From Kiritimatiellia bacterium (GTDB taxonomy: Bacteria; Verrucomicrobiota; Kiritimatiellia; JAAZAB01): a stretch of DNA of 64,000 nucleotides. The DNA is taken from positions 128,001-192,000 of the forward strand of contig JAXGPF010000006.1 in NCBI GenBank assembly GCA_040767085.1, read 5' to 3'. Shown piece by piece: positions 31,311-42,321 of this stretch. Numbering within the stretch: the first letter of the stretch is position 1; the number at the start of each line of letters is the position of its first letter. A program made the position numbers and the translations under genes. Below the pieces are notes generated by a model. That model was given only the letters and a program-made list of their open reading frames with translations, was not told the DNA's origin and made no database searches.

Positions 31311-32990
31311 TTACCTGATGTTGAACAGCGCGCCCATGCCGACGTGTTCATAACATCCAATATCCACCAGGCCGGAAAAGCGGTCCAGCCGCGCGCGGCC
31401 TTCGATGTCCAGCGCATCTGCCATCCAGGGCTGGTTCGTGCCGGCATTGATGCAAAGCGATCCAGCCGTTAATTGATACTCAGACCCAAGGTCCGGGTCA
31501 TACGCGAAAGAATTCGTGACGGTGAAATAAGAACTTACCGGCAGCGGAGCCACGCAGGTGTTGGAGATAATGATGTTCCGGGATTGCCCATGCCAGTTCA
31601 TATTACTGTAACTGCCGCTGGCGCTGTAGTTGCCGTAAATGATGCAATTGACTACATTCAATACATGGTTTGAGGTTTGACTAACATAAATCCCGCCTGC
31701 ACTGGAGGAAGATGCGCCGGGATCCGTCACATTATCCGCAAAGGTGCAGTTTTCCACCGTCGTTGTGCCGTAATTGATGTAAAGCGCGGCGCTGCTATTT
31801 GACGCGGTGTTTCCCGCCACCAGGCAATTGCGCAGCACTGCGCCGGATTGATCCCAGATCATCACACCCCCGCCTTGGGAAGCGGCCGTATTACTGACAA
31901 TCCGGCAGTTTTCCACCAACCCCGGCTGGTAATAAAAGACGCCGGCGCCCGCATAGGAGGTTTCTCCTCTTTCTCCGGCAGTATTGCCGGCAATCAGACA
32001 GTTCTGCACGGTGCCGCCGCACACCGCCACACCGCCGCCGACGCCATAAGCATTGTTGTTGCTGATGATGCAGTCTTCCACCAGGGCATTCGCCCAAAGG
32101 CGCACTCCGGCGCCCCCGCGATTGCTGCTGCGCGAGGGACTAATGCTGGTGTTGCCGTAAACCAGGCAGCCGCGCGCAATGGCATTGGTTATCTCCAGTC
32201 CGCCGCCTGAACTTGCGGTATTATTCAGGATTTCAACATTGGCAATGCTTGGTCCATTAATAGCATAAACTCCTCCGCCAACACTCAGGGCGGTGTTGCC
32301 GGCTACGACACAGCCTGTCACTATACCGGCGCCATCGGCGTAAACTCCGCCCGCTGACAAAATCGCAAGGTTATTGCTCACAAGGGTATTCGCCATGATC
32401 CCATCCGGTCCGACCATCGCCCCGCCGCCGTGGGCGTAGTGGGTCATATTGGTGGCGATTACGCAGTTGGTAACCAGGCCTTGCCGGACATATACTCCGC
32501 CGCCATACGCCGCCTGGTTGCTGATGACCAGGCAGTCGTCCAGGGTGGCGTTGGTGACAAACACCCCGCCGCCGTAGCCCGCATAGGTCGAACCGGAGAC
32601 GTAGCCCCGGGTGATGGTGAACCCGCGCAGCACGGTTTGCGCATGCTCCAGCCAGAAACAGCGGTTGGTGGAATTGGGATAATTGCCGTCCACCACCGTG
32701 CCGTCCCGGTCCAGGGCGCCATTATTCCAGCTCCGCACCGTCATCGGCGCGCTGATTGCCACCTCGTTGGTCAGATAATACGTGCCGTTGGAGACCCAGA
32801 CATTGGTCCAGCTCTGCGCCGCCGCCGCATCCACCGCTGCCTGGATATTGGTCGCGGCGGTCGCCCAACTGGCGTAGGGCGGATCGTTCAGCGGGTCCAC
32901 CACGCGCGTCCCGGGTTCCACCACATGGCTGACCTGCGCCGCCGCCAGGCCGGCCGATAAAAACGTCATAACCATTATCTTGAATTGCAT
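31311..32990 (-). CDS. Exported right-handed beta-helix protein with choice-of-anchor-Q-like C-terminus (family B, copy 3)
   Basis: Signal peptide, many N.A..GGG repeats, S.CINAG...D..G..R...DIGCYE. Confidence 0.85.
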   Translation of the reverse strand: MQFKIMVMTFLSAGLAAAQVSHVVEPGTRVVDPLNDPPYASWATAATNIQAAVDAAAAQSWTNVWVSNGTYYLTNEVAISAPMTVRSWNNGALDRDGTVVDGNYPNSTNRCFWLEHAQTVLRGFTITRGYVSGSTYAGYGGGVFVTNATLDDCLVISNQAAYGGGVYVRQGLVTNCVIATNMTHYAHGGGAMVGPDGIMANTLVSNNLAILSAGGVYADGAGIVTGCVVAGNTALSVGGGVYAINGPSIANVEILNNTASSGGGLEITNAIARGCLVYGNTSISPSRSSNRGGAGVRLWANALVEDCIISNNNAYGVGGGVAVCGGTVQNCLIAGNTAGERGETSYAGAGVFYYQPGLVENCRIVSNTAASQGGGVMIWDQSGAVLRNCLVAGNTASNSSAALYINYGTTTVENCTFADNVTDPGASSSSAGGIYVSQTSNHVLNVVNCIIYGNYSASGSYSNMNWHGQSRNIIISNTCVAPLPVSSYFTVTNSFAYDPDLGSEYQLTAGSLCINAGTNQPWMADALDIEGRARLDRFSGLVDIGCYEHVGMGALFNIR

Positions 32991-33027
32991 AATACCCCTC
33001 CGTTTTATGCCACAGGTACCTTGCGCT

Positions 33028-34344
33028 TTATTTTAAGGTTGCCTCCACCATTTGCCAACTCTGGGTCGGAAAATATTTTTCGCGCACGCAAACCGGTGTT
33101 TTTTTGCGGGGCGTGACAATAATCCTGTAAGAAAACTCCCGGCGCACCGGCTGGTTGGCCGCCTCTCCGGCGGTCTCTTCCCATTCATCCAGCAGCAATG
33201 CCCCCGGCTCGCCGCGCCCGGGCGTCATCCCGGCGGCGCCGGTCATGGCTGTGCGGACGATCCGGTCATCCTGTTCGCACCGAAACTCGATTTGGGCATT
33301 TTCCACGGCTTTGCCGTGCAAGTCAACCGCTTTCAGCGCCACATGCCGGCTGGATACCGCGCGGATGCTCTCGGGAACATCGCTGGCGCTGACCGTGGTG
33401 CGCCGCGCCCCGACGCGCGCATGATGCACCGTAAAGACCGCATTCGTCCGCGCCGCGTACCGGTTGCCCTTGCGCGGGGTGCCGACTTCGCAGTCAACCA
33501 GGTAAATGTTGCCGGCCTGCAAGTCCCAGTTGGCGTCATTTTCCTCGAACCGGCATTCGGTCAGGGTAGCGTTCAACGGGTAACGCGACGAATCGCCGAA
33601 GACGGTTTTCAATCCCCGGAATGTCGTCCCGTGCATGGCCTGGCTGCCCCAGCCGAACGCCATGCGGCTATCGGAAAACACACAGTCTTCAATCGAACTG
33701 TTGCCGGCATTTACGCCGTAACCGATCGTCCCGTTCACCCCGGCGATGGCGGCCGATTTCAGGACAATCCGGTCCAGGTAAAGATAGAGGTGGCTGCCGA
33801 TGGGGCGCGCCGGATCGGCGGAGGCAATGGCACCGTGATACACATGCAACTCTCCGCCGGTAGTCCGCCCGGGCGCCATGGTGTTGCCGCGGTAATACGC
33901 GCCGGCGCGCAGCGTGCCAGCCTTGCCGGCGCCGCTGTCAAAAAGCACCCGGGGCTGGATTTCCGGATTGTCCGGGCAGCCAATGGTCAGGCGGTTGACG
34001 CGTTGTCTGCCGGGCGGGTAAATCACCAGGTCGCCCTGCACGATCAGGCTGGCGCGGGGATGGCCGGGGCCGCCCAGTTGGAAATAGGTGTCGGGCCCAT
34101 CGTCGCGCCCGATCCAGAGGTTGGCTTTGACGGTGCAGGTGTCGTTCGACCGGTCATAAGACACCAGGCCCCATTTGTTCAGTTGCTCGGCAAACATCAA
34201 CTGGCGCGGACCCGCCGGCAGATCGGACGTATAATCGTAAAGCCAGACGGCGTGGTCTGCCTGGTTATAGATGCAAACAGCGCCGGCCGGCGGCGCGGCG
34301 GTCAGCAGCAAACTGCACATGAGCGCAAAAATTAAACGTTTCAC
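33028..34344 (-). CDS. Exported uncharacterised protein (family A, copy 3)
   Basis: Signal peptide; motifs shared with 49664-50956 and 56364-57662. Confidence 0.8.
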   Translation of the reverse strand: MKRLIFALMCSLLLTAAPPAGAVCIYNQADHAVWLYDYTSDLPAGPRQLMFAEQLNKWGLVSYDRSNDTCTVKANLWIGRDDGPDTYFQLGGPGHPRASLIVQGDLVIYPPGRQRVNRLTIGCPDNPEIQPRVLFDSGAGKAGTLRAGAYYRGNTMAPGRTTGGELHVYHGAIASADPARPIGSHLYLYLDRIVLKSAAIAGVNGTIGYGVNAGNSSIEDCVFSDSRMAFGWGSQAMHGTTFRGLKTVFGDSSRYPLNATLTECRFEENDANWDLQAGNIYLVDCEVGTPRKGNRYAARTNAVFTVHHARVGARRTTVSASDVPESIRAVSSRHVALKAVDLHGKAVENAQIEFRCEQDDRIVRTAMTGAAGMTPGRGEPGALLLDEWEETAGEAANQPVRREFSYRIIVTPRKKTPVCVREKYFPTQSWQMVEATLK

Positions 34345-34383
34345 GAGGTGTTGTCCGATTCCTTACACTCCGTCTGGTTGCAT

Positions 34384-34525
34384 CAGGTTCAACGGTTGTC
34401 AGGTTCAACGGTTGTTTGAGGTTAAATGTGAGCTTACCTTAGAACTTCCATTAACCGCTGCACCTTTGAACCTCAATTCGCCCCCTCTTCCCTTTTGCCC
34501 CTTTGCCCCTCTGCCCCTTTTGGCA
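34384..34525. repeat. Short tandem and inverted repeat patch
   Basis: Exact 16-bp tandem CAGGTTCAACGGTTGT x2 (34384-34415), TGAGGTTAAA/TTGAACCTCA, and T(T/C)TGCCCC x3. Confidence 0.7.
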
Positions 34526-37500
34526 TTACGGCGCAAATTCCGTCGGCTCGGCGCCCAGCTCGAATTGCATGGCGTCCACCCAGACGCAGGCGCCCGGATT
34601 AGTCGCAGCCACCGACAAGCCGTAACTGTTATGCCGGTGCGCATGGCGCGGCATGGTCAGGGGCACATGGTAGCGCTGCCATTCCGTGGTCGGGGTAAAA
34701 GTCGCCGCTTGATTCGGAATCCCGTTACCGCTTAAACGCACCGTCACCCCCGGGCGGTCGGCGCGCATCCAGGCCGACCAGACATACGGCGTCGGCCGGT
34801 CATGTTGGGGGCAGAGTTTGAAATAAGTATAACCGCCGCGAATGCGGTATGCATATTTGCCATGGTAAGCCTGTGCGGCATCCAACTCAAAGTTGGCGCT
34901 TTCACGCCCGGCGCGCTGCCTGGGATATGTCGGCGCGCTATGGGCGCCCAAAAACCAGTAGTCCGGGAATCCCGGCAGGGTATTTTCTTCGAATGACGGG
35001 TTGGGCATGATGTTTTTGATGCCCGCCTCCGGAATCCGCGTTTCCGCCTTTTCGGGAACATAATCCGCCTTCAGGGGCGTCTGGGCAACGGTCACGGTCA
35101 ATTCCTGCCCGGCATCCGCGCGTTCATCCACCAGGTAAATCCGGCGGCCGAACGGCTCGATGGTGTCGCTGAATGCGCCATCCTTCACGGCAAAGGTTTC
35201 CGGCCCGAATTGCCGGCGAATTTGGCTGGCCGGGCCGGCAAACGGCAGGGAGAACGACGCCTGGACCGGCCAGGGCCGGCTGTTAACGGCCAAAAGGGCG
35301 TAGCCGCCCGCCGGATTGCGGCGCAACGCCGCATGCACATCGGGCATTTTCATGCCGATCACATCCACGTCCAATCCTGCGTATGCCACCTTGTGCTCCG
35401 GCACCGGGGTGGTGATCAAAGGATAAATCGCGCGGATTTCCCGGCCGAGTTCGCGCATCATATCCCAGGTCGCCTGGTGCATGGCGGGATAAACGAAATA
35501 AAACACGCCGCTGCATTCATACAAGATCGCCAGGTAAGTCTGCGCGCGCTGCTCCGCGGGTAGGTGATGCCGCTTGTAATGCCCGGAATACATTTCCAGC
35601 ACCGGGGTCTGCCAGACCGGCTTGCGGTCAATCCGGCCGCGCGCAGTTAAATCGGCCGTCTCGCGCGCCACCCAGTTGGGCGAATCGCGGCCGGCGCCAA
35701 CCGGCGGGGCCCAGTAAGGATCGCGGGCATGGATATCGCTCCAGTCGGTGTATTTTTCTTCGTAGGGCGGCATGCCGGAATTCCACAATACGCGCATGGG
35801 ATGATACCCATCGGTTTCGTTGGCCAGGCGGTATAATTTCCGGCCTTCGGCATATTGGTCAAAGTAACTGTCCAGCAGCGGCTCGTCAAACGATTCGTAT
35901 GCCATCAGGGCCGGGTGGTCTTTCACCGCCTCGATGCCGGCGCGGATGACCGGCGCGGCCTGGTCGAAGATGTCGGCGTGAATCCGGTTGCGTTCCGGAC
36001 GCGACCACCTGGATTTCATCAATCCGCCTTTAAGGTATGTAAATCCAGACCAGCCGTTCAGTCCTGCTGGCAACTTGGGCTGGAACCCGGCTTTGCTGCC
36101 GGCGAATGACAGGGGGATCGCCACCATGTGCATATTGTATTGGCCGACTTTATCCAAGGCCTCCAAGGTTGCCTCCACCGTGCCCGGCGCCGCCCAGTAC
36201 ATGATCGAATTGAATCCCGCCTCGGCAATTTCCCGGTAATTTTCATCGTTGAAAACATTGCGATTCCAACCGCCCATCAAGATGCCGTAGGCGAAGTAGG
36301 GCTGGCCGTTGTCCAGCAGCATCCGGATTTTCCGGTCTATTTTCCATTCCCGGCCCGGCTTGGGCGGACGCTTGACCAGATCCAATGCCTGATCCGCGAT
36401 CAACGCGCCGGACGCCTGCCGGAATTCCACCTTGACCTGGTGGCTGCCGTCGGCAATGCCTGCCAGCGAAAAGGCGCATTCCGTATGCGGTTTGACCGCT
36501 TTGGTTTCTCCCAGTATTTTGCCATCCGAGGTGGTTACCGCCAGGCTGGTGTGCTCCAGCCCCGTCTCCGGCAGGCCGATCCGGCAGACGACTTCCGCCT
36601 GCTCTTCGGTCGTGTAATAATTCCGGTCCAGGTAAGCGCTGAACAAATCCAGCGCCGGCGGATTTTCGATCAGGATCCGGTCCAGAATCTCGCCCTCGAC
36701 CCCCGCGAGTTCCACTTCAATATTCCGGCGGACTACCGAGCGCACCGGCATGGCCAGGTCGAATTCCGCATCCGCCCCGCCGGCCAGGTCCAACTCCAAC
36801 TCCGTCACGGCTGGCGCGCCCGCGACGGGCGCGTCTTTCACCCGCAACGACACCTTCCCGGCGCGGCTGCTATAATTGCGCGCCAGCCCCATGACCCGGT
36901 ATTGATTCTTGCCGTCCGCAAATTCGTAGCCGCTGATCTCGGTCTTTTCCAGCCGCGGCAGAAACGGCGCCTCGAAAGCGGCGTCCGCCAGCCCCGCCAC
37001 GGCGATGAACCGGTCGGGCGTGGTCCACCAGGCAGCCGGCGTGGCCGCCCAGGCGGCCACTTCGCGTTCCTTCCCGATTTCCACCCCGTATGGATCGAGG
37101 ATGGGCGTGAAAATATGCGCCAGCAGATTAATCCGGGCTTTCCCCGGCTCGCCCAGTTCCATCAGCAAGGCAAACGGCAGGGCGATTTCCGCCTGCCAGC
37201 CGGTGTCGGTGATGCTGGCAGCCGACCGCCACGGGATGCTCCAGGCGGTCTGCAATCCGCCTTGCGCCGAATTCCGCTGCTCGGAGCGGACATTCCCGCA
37301 ACTCAGGCGGAAGTGATACCACATTTTGCCGTCCGTCCCGGGATCGAATCCGACCTTGACGCAATTCTCCCGCTGCACCGGATCGTCCCGGTGCCTGTAC
37401 ACCGGCACAACCGTCAGCGGCAGCGGATGCGCGATATCAAACCCGATGTACAGCCACGCGTTATCCCGCATCAGCCGGGCCGTGACATTGGTCATGCGGA

Positions 37501-37702
37501 TTTGGCCGCCGCCCGCGTCGATGCGGACGAAATCGGCGACGGCCAGCGCCGGCCCCCAGGCCGGGTCGTCCAGGCTGCCATCCATCCGCGGCGGCTGCTC
37601 GCATACCGGAATCACCGGCGGCGCCGGCTCGGCGTTGGCCATTGCCCAGCCCAGCGTAATCATCAACGTAGCCATACCCAGTTTTTTAGCCCATGCCTGC
37701 AT
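34526..37702 (-). CDS. Large exported CBM9-like + GH-A-like barrel + CBM-like protein (family C, copy 4)
   Basis: Signal peptide, DG.LDD..W, FDEP, DPYW, NPSFE, terminal WVDAMQFELG.EPTEF. Confidence 0.8.
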   Translation of the reverse strand: MQAWAKKLGMATLMITLGWAMANAEPAPPVIPVCEQPPRMDGSLDDPAWGPALAVADFVRIDAGGGQIRMTNVTARLMRDNAWLYIGFDIAHPLPLTVVPVYRHRDDPVQRENCVKVGFDPGTDGKMWYHFRLSCGNVRSEQRNSAQGGLQTAWSIPWRSAASITDTGWQAEIALPFALLMELGEPGKARINLLAHIFTPILDPYGVEIGKEREVAAWAATPAAWWTTPDRFIAVAGLADAAFEAPFLPRLEKTEISGYEFADGKNQYRVMGLARNYSSRAGKVSLRVKDAPVAGAPAVTELELDLAGGADAEFDLAMPVRSVVRRNIEVELAGVEGEILDRILIENPPALDLFSAYLDRNYYTTEEQAEVVCRIGLPETGLEHTSLAVTTSDGKILGETKAVKPHTECAFSLAGIADGSHQVKVEFRQASGALIADQALDLVKRPPKPGREWKIDRKIRMLLDNGQPYFAYGILMGGWNRNVFNDENYREIAEAGFNSIMYWAAPGTVEATLEALDKVGQYNMHMVAIPLSFAGSKAGFQPKLPAGLNGWSGFTYLKGGLMKSRWSRPERNRIHADIFDQAAPVIRAGIEAVKDHPALMAYESFDEPLLDSYFDQYAEGRKLYRLANETDGYHPMRVLWNSGMPPYEEKYTDWSDIHARDPYWAPPVGAGRDSPNWVARETADLTARGRIDRKPVWQTPVLEMYSGHYKRHHLPAEQRAQTYLAILYECSGVFYFVYPAMHQATWDMMRELGREIRAIYPLITTPVPEHKVAYAGLDVDVIGMKMPDVHAALRRNPAGGYALLAVNSRPWPVQASFSLPFAGPASQIRRQFGPETFAVKDGAFSDTIEPFGRRIYLVDERADAGQELTVTVAQTPLKADYVPEKAETRIPEAGIKNIMPNPSFEENTLPGFPDYWFLGAHSAPTYPRQRAGRESANFELDAAQAYHGKYAYRIRGGYTYFKLCPQHDRPTPYVWSAWMRADRPGVTVRLSGNGIPNQAATFTPTTEWQRYHVPLTMPRHAHRHNSYGLSVAATNPGACVWVDAMQFELGAEPTEFAP

Positions 37703-37867
37703 AATATAACCTCTTGAATTCACATTAATGGCATCCCAGTATTCTTGACATTAAACATTTTGACGGGAAAGCAAGTCAACTACATTATTACATTCTGAAT
37801 TCTGACTCCTGCATACGGAATTCTTTTAAAACGTGAATTTTGAAATTTGCCAGGCCGGTATTACATA

Positions 37868-39112
37868 TCATAACGCCACCCGGTAGCGGTAGCAATCGGA
37901 AGTGAAATCCTCCCAGTCGGTGCGAGGCTGTTCCGGCAGGGTTAACACGATTTCCCCGCTGAACCGGTCTTCATAAAAGCCAAAGTTGGTGTAACGGCGC
38001 GGCCGCGCCGATTGGGCGGCCGGCCAATCGGGCGGCAGGGTGTCAATCACCGCGACAGTCGCGCGCCGCAACTGGCCGCGTTCCGGGAGCAACTCGGCCA
38101 GGCACAGGGGATAACGCGGCCCGGAATTGTACGTGGGCTGATCCAGGATGTTGCCGATCCAGTAATAACGCCGGGTGCGGGATGACCGGATAATGCCGGC
38201 ATAGGATGACGGGCTCCATACCGGCTGACCATCCTCATAAGTCAGCGGTTGGGGTTCGGAGAAAGTGTGTCCGCCATCGCCGGAGATCACCCAGAATTTC
38301 AGGCTGGGAAAGGTTTTGCCTTGCCGATCTCCGCAACAACGCAGCGAAATAAAAATACGGCCGTCATCTAGCAAGACCGGCGCGGGTTCGCAGCAGCCCT
38401 GGGACGACTTGTCCGGCGGCACGCTGATGTATTCCGAAAAAGCCCATTCCAAGCCGGACAAGTCCGACTGCCAGCGGCCATGCAGCAATCCGCTCTGGTA
38501 CCCCAAACCGTCAAAAAGCTGTAAGACCACCGACTGGAGCACCACGCCGCCGGGAGTTTTTAAGGTCGGCCCGACGCCGTACAGTCCGCCGGTCTGACCG
38601 TAATGCAGGCGCGGGCCCCAGTGGCCGGCGTCGTATTCCGCGCCGGCGCAGATTACCTGCCGGGGCGAACCCCAATGCCGGCCGGCATCGCGGGACACCT
38701 GGTAAAACATGCGGCGGGCGCGGCCGGTGCACCCGGCGTCGGAAAACGATTCGGCATGCGCCAGGGCGGCGCTGATGGTGGTGGACATGTAAAAACGGAC
38801 CAGCGCCCCATTGTCGGGATCGCGGAAATAGTGCGGATCGTATATGCGTTCCCCTTCCACGTGATTCATTGGCTGGCGGAGGGGAGTGCCGGACATCTCC
38901 CACGTTGCGCCGTTATCGGGAGAAATGCGCGCATAGATTTCCGGCCGGTAATAACTCATCATGGGAAACGGCCGGGGCCCGGTATGCCGGGCTTCCAGCG
39001 CCACGGTCTCAATCAGTTCCGGGCCATCGGCCTGCGTATAGGCCTGGCCGCCGGCATAAACCGACACACCGGCGCGCGGCGCGGCTATGTACAATTCTTT
39101 TTGGATTTTCAT
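37868..39112 (-). CDS. Sialidase-like BNR/Asp-box beta-propeller protein
   Basis: Asp boxes SPDNGATW, SRDAGRHW, SGDGGHTF; CEP and PRYPL; no signal peptide. Confidence 0.75.
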   Translation of the reverse strand: MKIQKELYIAAPRAGVSVYAGGQAYTQADGPELIETVALEARHTGPRPFPMMSYYRPEIYARISPDNGATWEMSGTPLRQPMNHVEGERIYDPHYFRDPDNGALVRFYMSTTISAALAHAESFSDAGCTGRARRMFYQVSRDAGRHWGSPRQVICAGAEYDAGHWGPRLHYGQTGGLYGVGPTLKTPGGVVLQSVVLQLFDGLGYQSGLLHGRWQSDLSGLEWAFSEYISVPPDKSSQGCCEPAPVLLDDGRIFISLRCCGDRQGKTFPSLKFWVISGDGGHTFSEPQPLTYEDGQPVWSPSSYAGIIRSSRTRRYYWIGNILDQPTYNSGPRYPLCLAELLPERGQLRRATVAVIDTLPPDWPAAQSARPRRYTNFGFYEDRFSGEIVLTLPEQPRTDWEDFTSDCYRYRVAL

Positions 39113-42100
39113 TCTTCGAACTCCGTCGGCTCGTACCCTTGTTCCAGTTGTATTCCGTCAAACCAGGCCGTCCCGGGCGTGGTCAGGTAAATCATATACG
39201 CGGAAGCCTCATCCCGCAGGCTGAGCCGCGGCGGTATCGTCACCGGCATCCAATACCGCTGCCACTGGCCGGTCAAGGTGAATGTTTTGCCGTATGGTTC
39301 ATCCTTGGTGACGCCGCGGCCGCGCAGAATGATATTTTCGCCGCCCCGGGCGCCCCGGGCGTAAAACGACCAGACATACGGCGTTGGCCGCTCATGCTGG
39401 GGCGCGCAGTAGAATCCCATCTGGACATTGCCGCCGTCCGCCGGCCGCGTCAGTTTCAGGCATCTGCCGCCGAACCTGGCGACGCCGGGCAAAGCGTCCA
39501 CCTGCGCATCGAAAAACACATAATCGGCATGACCGGGGATGGTCTCATGGAAGCCCGGATTGGGAAATACGTTTTTGGTTGCCGGGCGCCAGTTGTTCGG
39601 CAAGGCGGCCGCCGCCGGCGGGATTTTTTCCGGGCGCAACACGGCAATGGTCAAGTCCGCCGGTTCGGACAAGCCCCGCCCCAGCCGGTAGGCGCGCACG
39701 GCGAAAGGCTCCAGGACTTCGCTGAACGCGCCATCTTGCACCGGCAGTTCGGCGTCGGCGAACACGCGCCGCGTCGGGCCGGACAAGCCGGCCAGCGTGA
39801 AGGTTGCGGTTACCGGATAGTACCGGCTGTTGGCGGCGATCAGCACCAGCCCGCCATCCTCCGGATCGCGGAAAATCCGTCCCTGCACATCGGGAAATTC
39901 ATCGCGCTCCGGCGCGAAAGCCGCCGCGGCATATTCCGCCGCGGGCGCCTGCGCCCGCAAGTGCCGGATAGTTTGCCGGACTTCCGGCTGGACCGCCATC
40001 GGCCCGATTTTTTTGACTAACGCCATGGAATCCGCCAGGCTTTGCCAGGCGTAATCGGAATGGACCAGCGAGGTGTAAGCGAACCAGAACAATCCTTTGG
40101 CGCCATGAATGATGGCCAGGAAATTCTGGCAGTGCTGTTCTTCGGCGGTTATAACGCGCTTGCTCCGGGTCATGCCGCTCCACAACGAACCTACCGGCAC
40201 GATCCAGACCGGCTGCCTGAATTTCCGCGCGCGCTGGTCGTTCCAATGCACGATCTTCGAGACAAAATTCGGCGTATTGCGTCCGGCAGTGGACGCATCG
40301 CCATCGGGAATCCAGTAGGGATCGGTGCAGAGGATATCGCCGCCGGTGAGATATTCGTCGCCCGGCGGGATATGGCTGGAATACAACAGCATCACGGGAT
40401 GGTAGCCGTCGGCAGCATGCGTCACCCGGCGCAGTTCGTCCAGGTACTTGGTGATATTGAAAAAACGGTTCTCGCACGGCTCATCAAAGGTATTGTAGGC
40501 CAGCAGGTTTGGATAGGTTTTCACGCTCGCGATCAACTCCCTGGTCAGCGGGATGTTTTTGTCGAAATACTCTCCAAACACCGCGGTCTTGTCCGGATGG
40601 GCGGCCCGGGATTCCATCAGCAGGCCGCGCATCGCCGTTGAACCGGAACGGCTGAACGACAAAATCCTCCGGGCCTCGGCCGCCGGCAAAAGCTTCTCAG
40701 GCAATGCCAACCCGGCGCTTCTCAGCGGCAGCCAGCCGGTCTCCAACTGCGAGACGACATACATCCCGTGTTTGGCGGCGGTCTCCAAAAAGGCATTGGC
40801 ATTGGTGGCCGGCAACGACCGGTTCCACTGGAAAAACGTGTTACAGCCGACATCGGCGATTTTTTTGAACGCCGCTTCGTCCGACGGCTTGACCCCGGCC
40901 ATGACCGGACCGAACGGAAAGATCGGATGGCCCTTGGGATCGAGCACCACCCGGTTGACCTGGTCAATCTTCCATTCCAGCCCCGGCTTGGGCGCAAGTT
41001 TGAGCAGTTCCAGTTCCACCGCGTAAAACGGCCGGCCATCTTCCCGCACCAGTGCGATTTGCACCGGATGCCGGCCAATCGCCAATTCCCCGATACCAAA
41101 CTCCAACCGGGTTTCAGCGGCGGCGGGCGCCCGGGCGGCGGACCGGCCGTCAACCTCGACCGACACCTGCATTCCCTGCAGGCTTTCCGCCGGCATGGCG
41201 ACAGCCGCCACGGCCCGGGCGGTTGTTTCGTCGGTGTAATAATTGCGGTCCAGCCAGCCGTCCATGATCTGCAAAACCGCGGGATTCCGCACCTGCCGCG
41301 TCTGCAGCACTTCGCCATCGGCGGCATTCCGCAGCTCAATCGTGATATCGCGCGCCGCGGGATTCGGCGCCGGGATCTCCAGCGTATGCCGCGCGGCTGC
41401 CATGCCGGACTGCCTGATGGTACGGAACACCGTTTGGGCCGCGCCGGCCGCCGGCTGGTCCGTCACCCTCAGTTCCATTTCGCCGGAACGGGTATTCGCG
41501 CCCCGCGTCTCGATTTCCACCGCGTAATAATTTTCGCCATCCTTCGTGAAATACGGCTTGACCTCCACCCGCTCCAGCGCGACCAGGAACGGCACCTGCA
41601 GCTTGCCCGGCTGCAGCGGGGCCAGGGCACCGAACGACTGGTGTTCGTGAAACGATTGGATCACAGGCCGCCAGACGCTGTGATGCATGATTTCGTGGGT
41701 GACGACCTTTTGGGCGTCCATGAACGGCTCGCGCCGGTTGCGCGTTATATTCAAGCGAATATTATTCAAATCGCCGTACTCGACGAACAGGTACAACGGG
41801 ATGGCCGCTTCCGCCGTCCACCCGTCATCCGTAACCGCTGCCGCCGAGCGCCAGGGCAGGTTCCAGGTTTCCCGCTGGCGCTCGCCTTCCAGAAAACGCT
41901 GCTCGGCCTTGACGTTGAAGCAGCTTAAAAGGAAATGATAATAGACCTTGCCGGCGCCGTCGGAATCGAAAAATATTTCAACTGATTCATCGGTATGGAC
42001 CGATCCGTCATGCTCCTGAACCTTGGGCGCCGCCACCAGATGCTGCAATGGATTGTCGCATTTTAACCCGATATACAGCCAGGTATCGTCATAGGCCAGC

Positions 42101-42321
42101 CGGACTTCCGTGTCATCCGCCCGGCGTTGACCCGGGTCTTTGTATAAATAAAAATCACCCAGAGGTTCCGCTTGCCGCCAGAAAGCCTCATCCAGCTTAC
42201 CGTCCAGCCGGGGCGGCGTTTCGATCTTTACCGCCGCGGCGTCCGGAACATCTCCGGCATAAGCCAGCGCGCCGGACACGGTCATGGCCGCCATTAAAAT
42301 TGCAGTCAGGTTTGATTTCAT
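39109..42321 (-). CDS. Family C protein, copy 3
   Basis: Start MKSNL at 42321 (GGAGA RBS, ATGA overlap); same architecture as the other C copies. Confidence 0.8.
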   Translation of the reverse strand: MKSNLTAILMAAMTVSGALAYAGDVPDAAAVKIETPPRLDGKLDEAFWRQAEPLGDFYLYKDPGQRRADDTEVRLAYDDTWLYIGLKCDNPLQHLVAAPKVQEHDGSVHTDESVEIFFDSDGAGKVYYHFLLSCFNVKAEQRFLEGERQRETWNLPWRSAAAVTDDGWTAEAAIPLYLFVEYGDLNNIRLNITRNRREPFMDAQKVVTHEIMHHSVWRPVIQSFHEHQSFGALAPLQPGKLQVPFLVALERVEVKPYFTKDGENYYAVEIETRGANTRSGEMELRVTDQPAAGAAQTVFRTIRQSGMAAARHTLEIPAPNPAARDITIELRNAADGEVLQTRQVRNPAVLQIMDGWLDRNYYTDETTARAVAAVAMPAESLQGMQVSVEVDGRSAARAPAAAETRLEFGIGELAIGRHPVQIALVREDGRPFYAVELELLKLAPKPGLEWKIDQVNRVVLDPKGHPIFPFGPVMAGVKPSDEAAFKKIADVGCNTFFQWNRSLPATNANAFLETAAKHGMYVVSQLETGWLPLRSAGLALPEKLLPAAEARRILSFSRSGSTAMRGLLMESRAAHPDKTAVFGEYFDKNIPLTRELIASVKTYPNLLAYNTFDEPCENRFFNITKYLDELRRVTHAADGYHPVMLLYSSHIPPGDEYLTGGDILCTDPYWIPDGDASTAGRNTPNFVSKIVHWNDQRARKFRQPVWIVPVGSLWSGMTRSKRVITAEEQHCQNFLAIIHGAKGLFWFAYTSLVHSDYAWQSLADSMALVKKIGPMAVQPEVRQTIRHLRAQAPAAEYAAAAFAPERDEFPDVQGRIFRDPEDGGLVLIAANSRYYPVTATFTLAGLSGPTRRVFADAELPVQDGAFSEVLEPFAVRAYRLGRGLSEPADLTIAVLRPEKIPPAAAALPNNWRPATKNVFPNPGFHETIPGHADYVFFDAQVDALPGVARFGGRCLKLTRPADGGNVQMGFYCAPQHERPTPYVWSFYARGARGGENIILRGRGVTKDEPYGKTFTLTGQWQRYWMPVTIPPRLSLRDEASAYMIYLTTPGTAWFDGIQLEQGYEPTEFEE

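Noticed and set aside
31311-32990. Abundant TN/SN dipeptides in B proteins as a glycosylation code
   Set aside because: Adequately explained by beta-helix asparagine ladders
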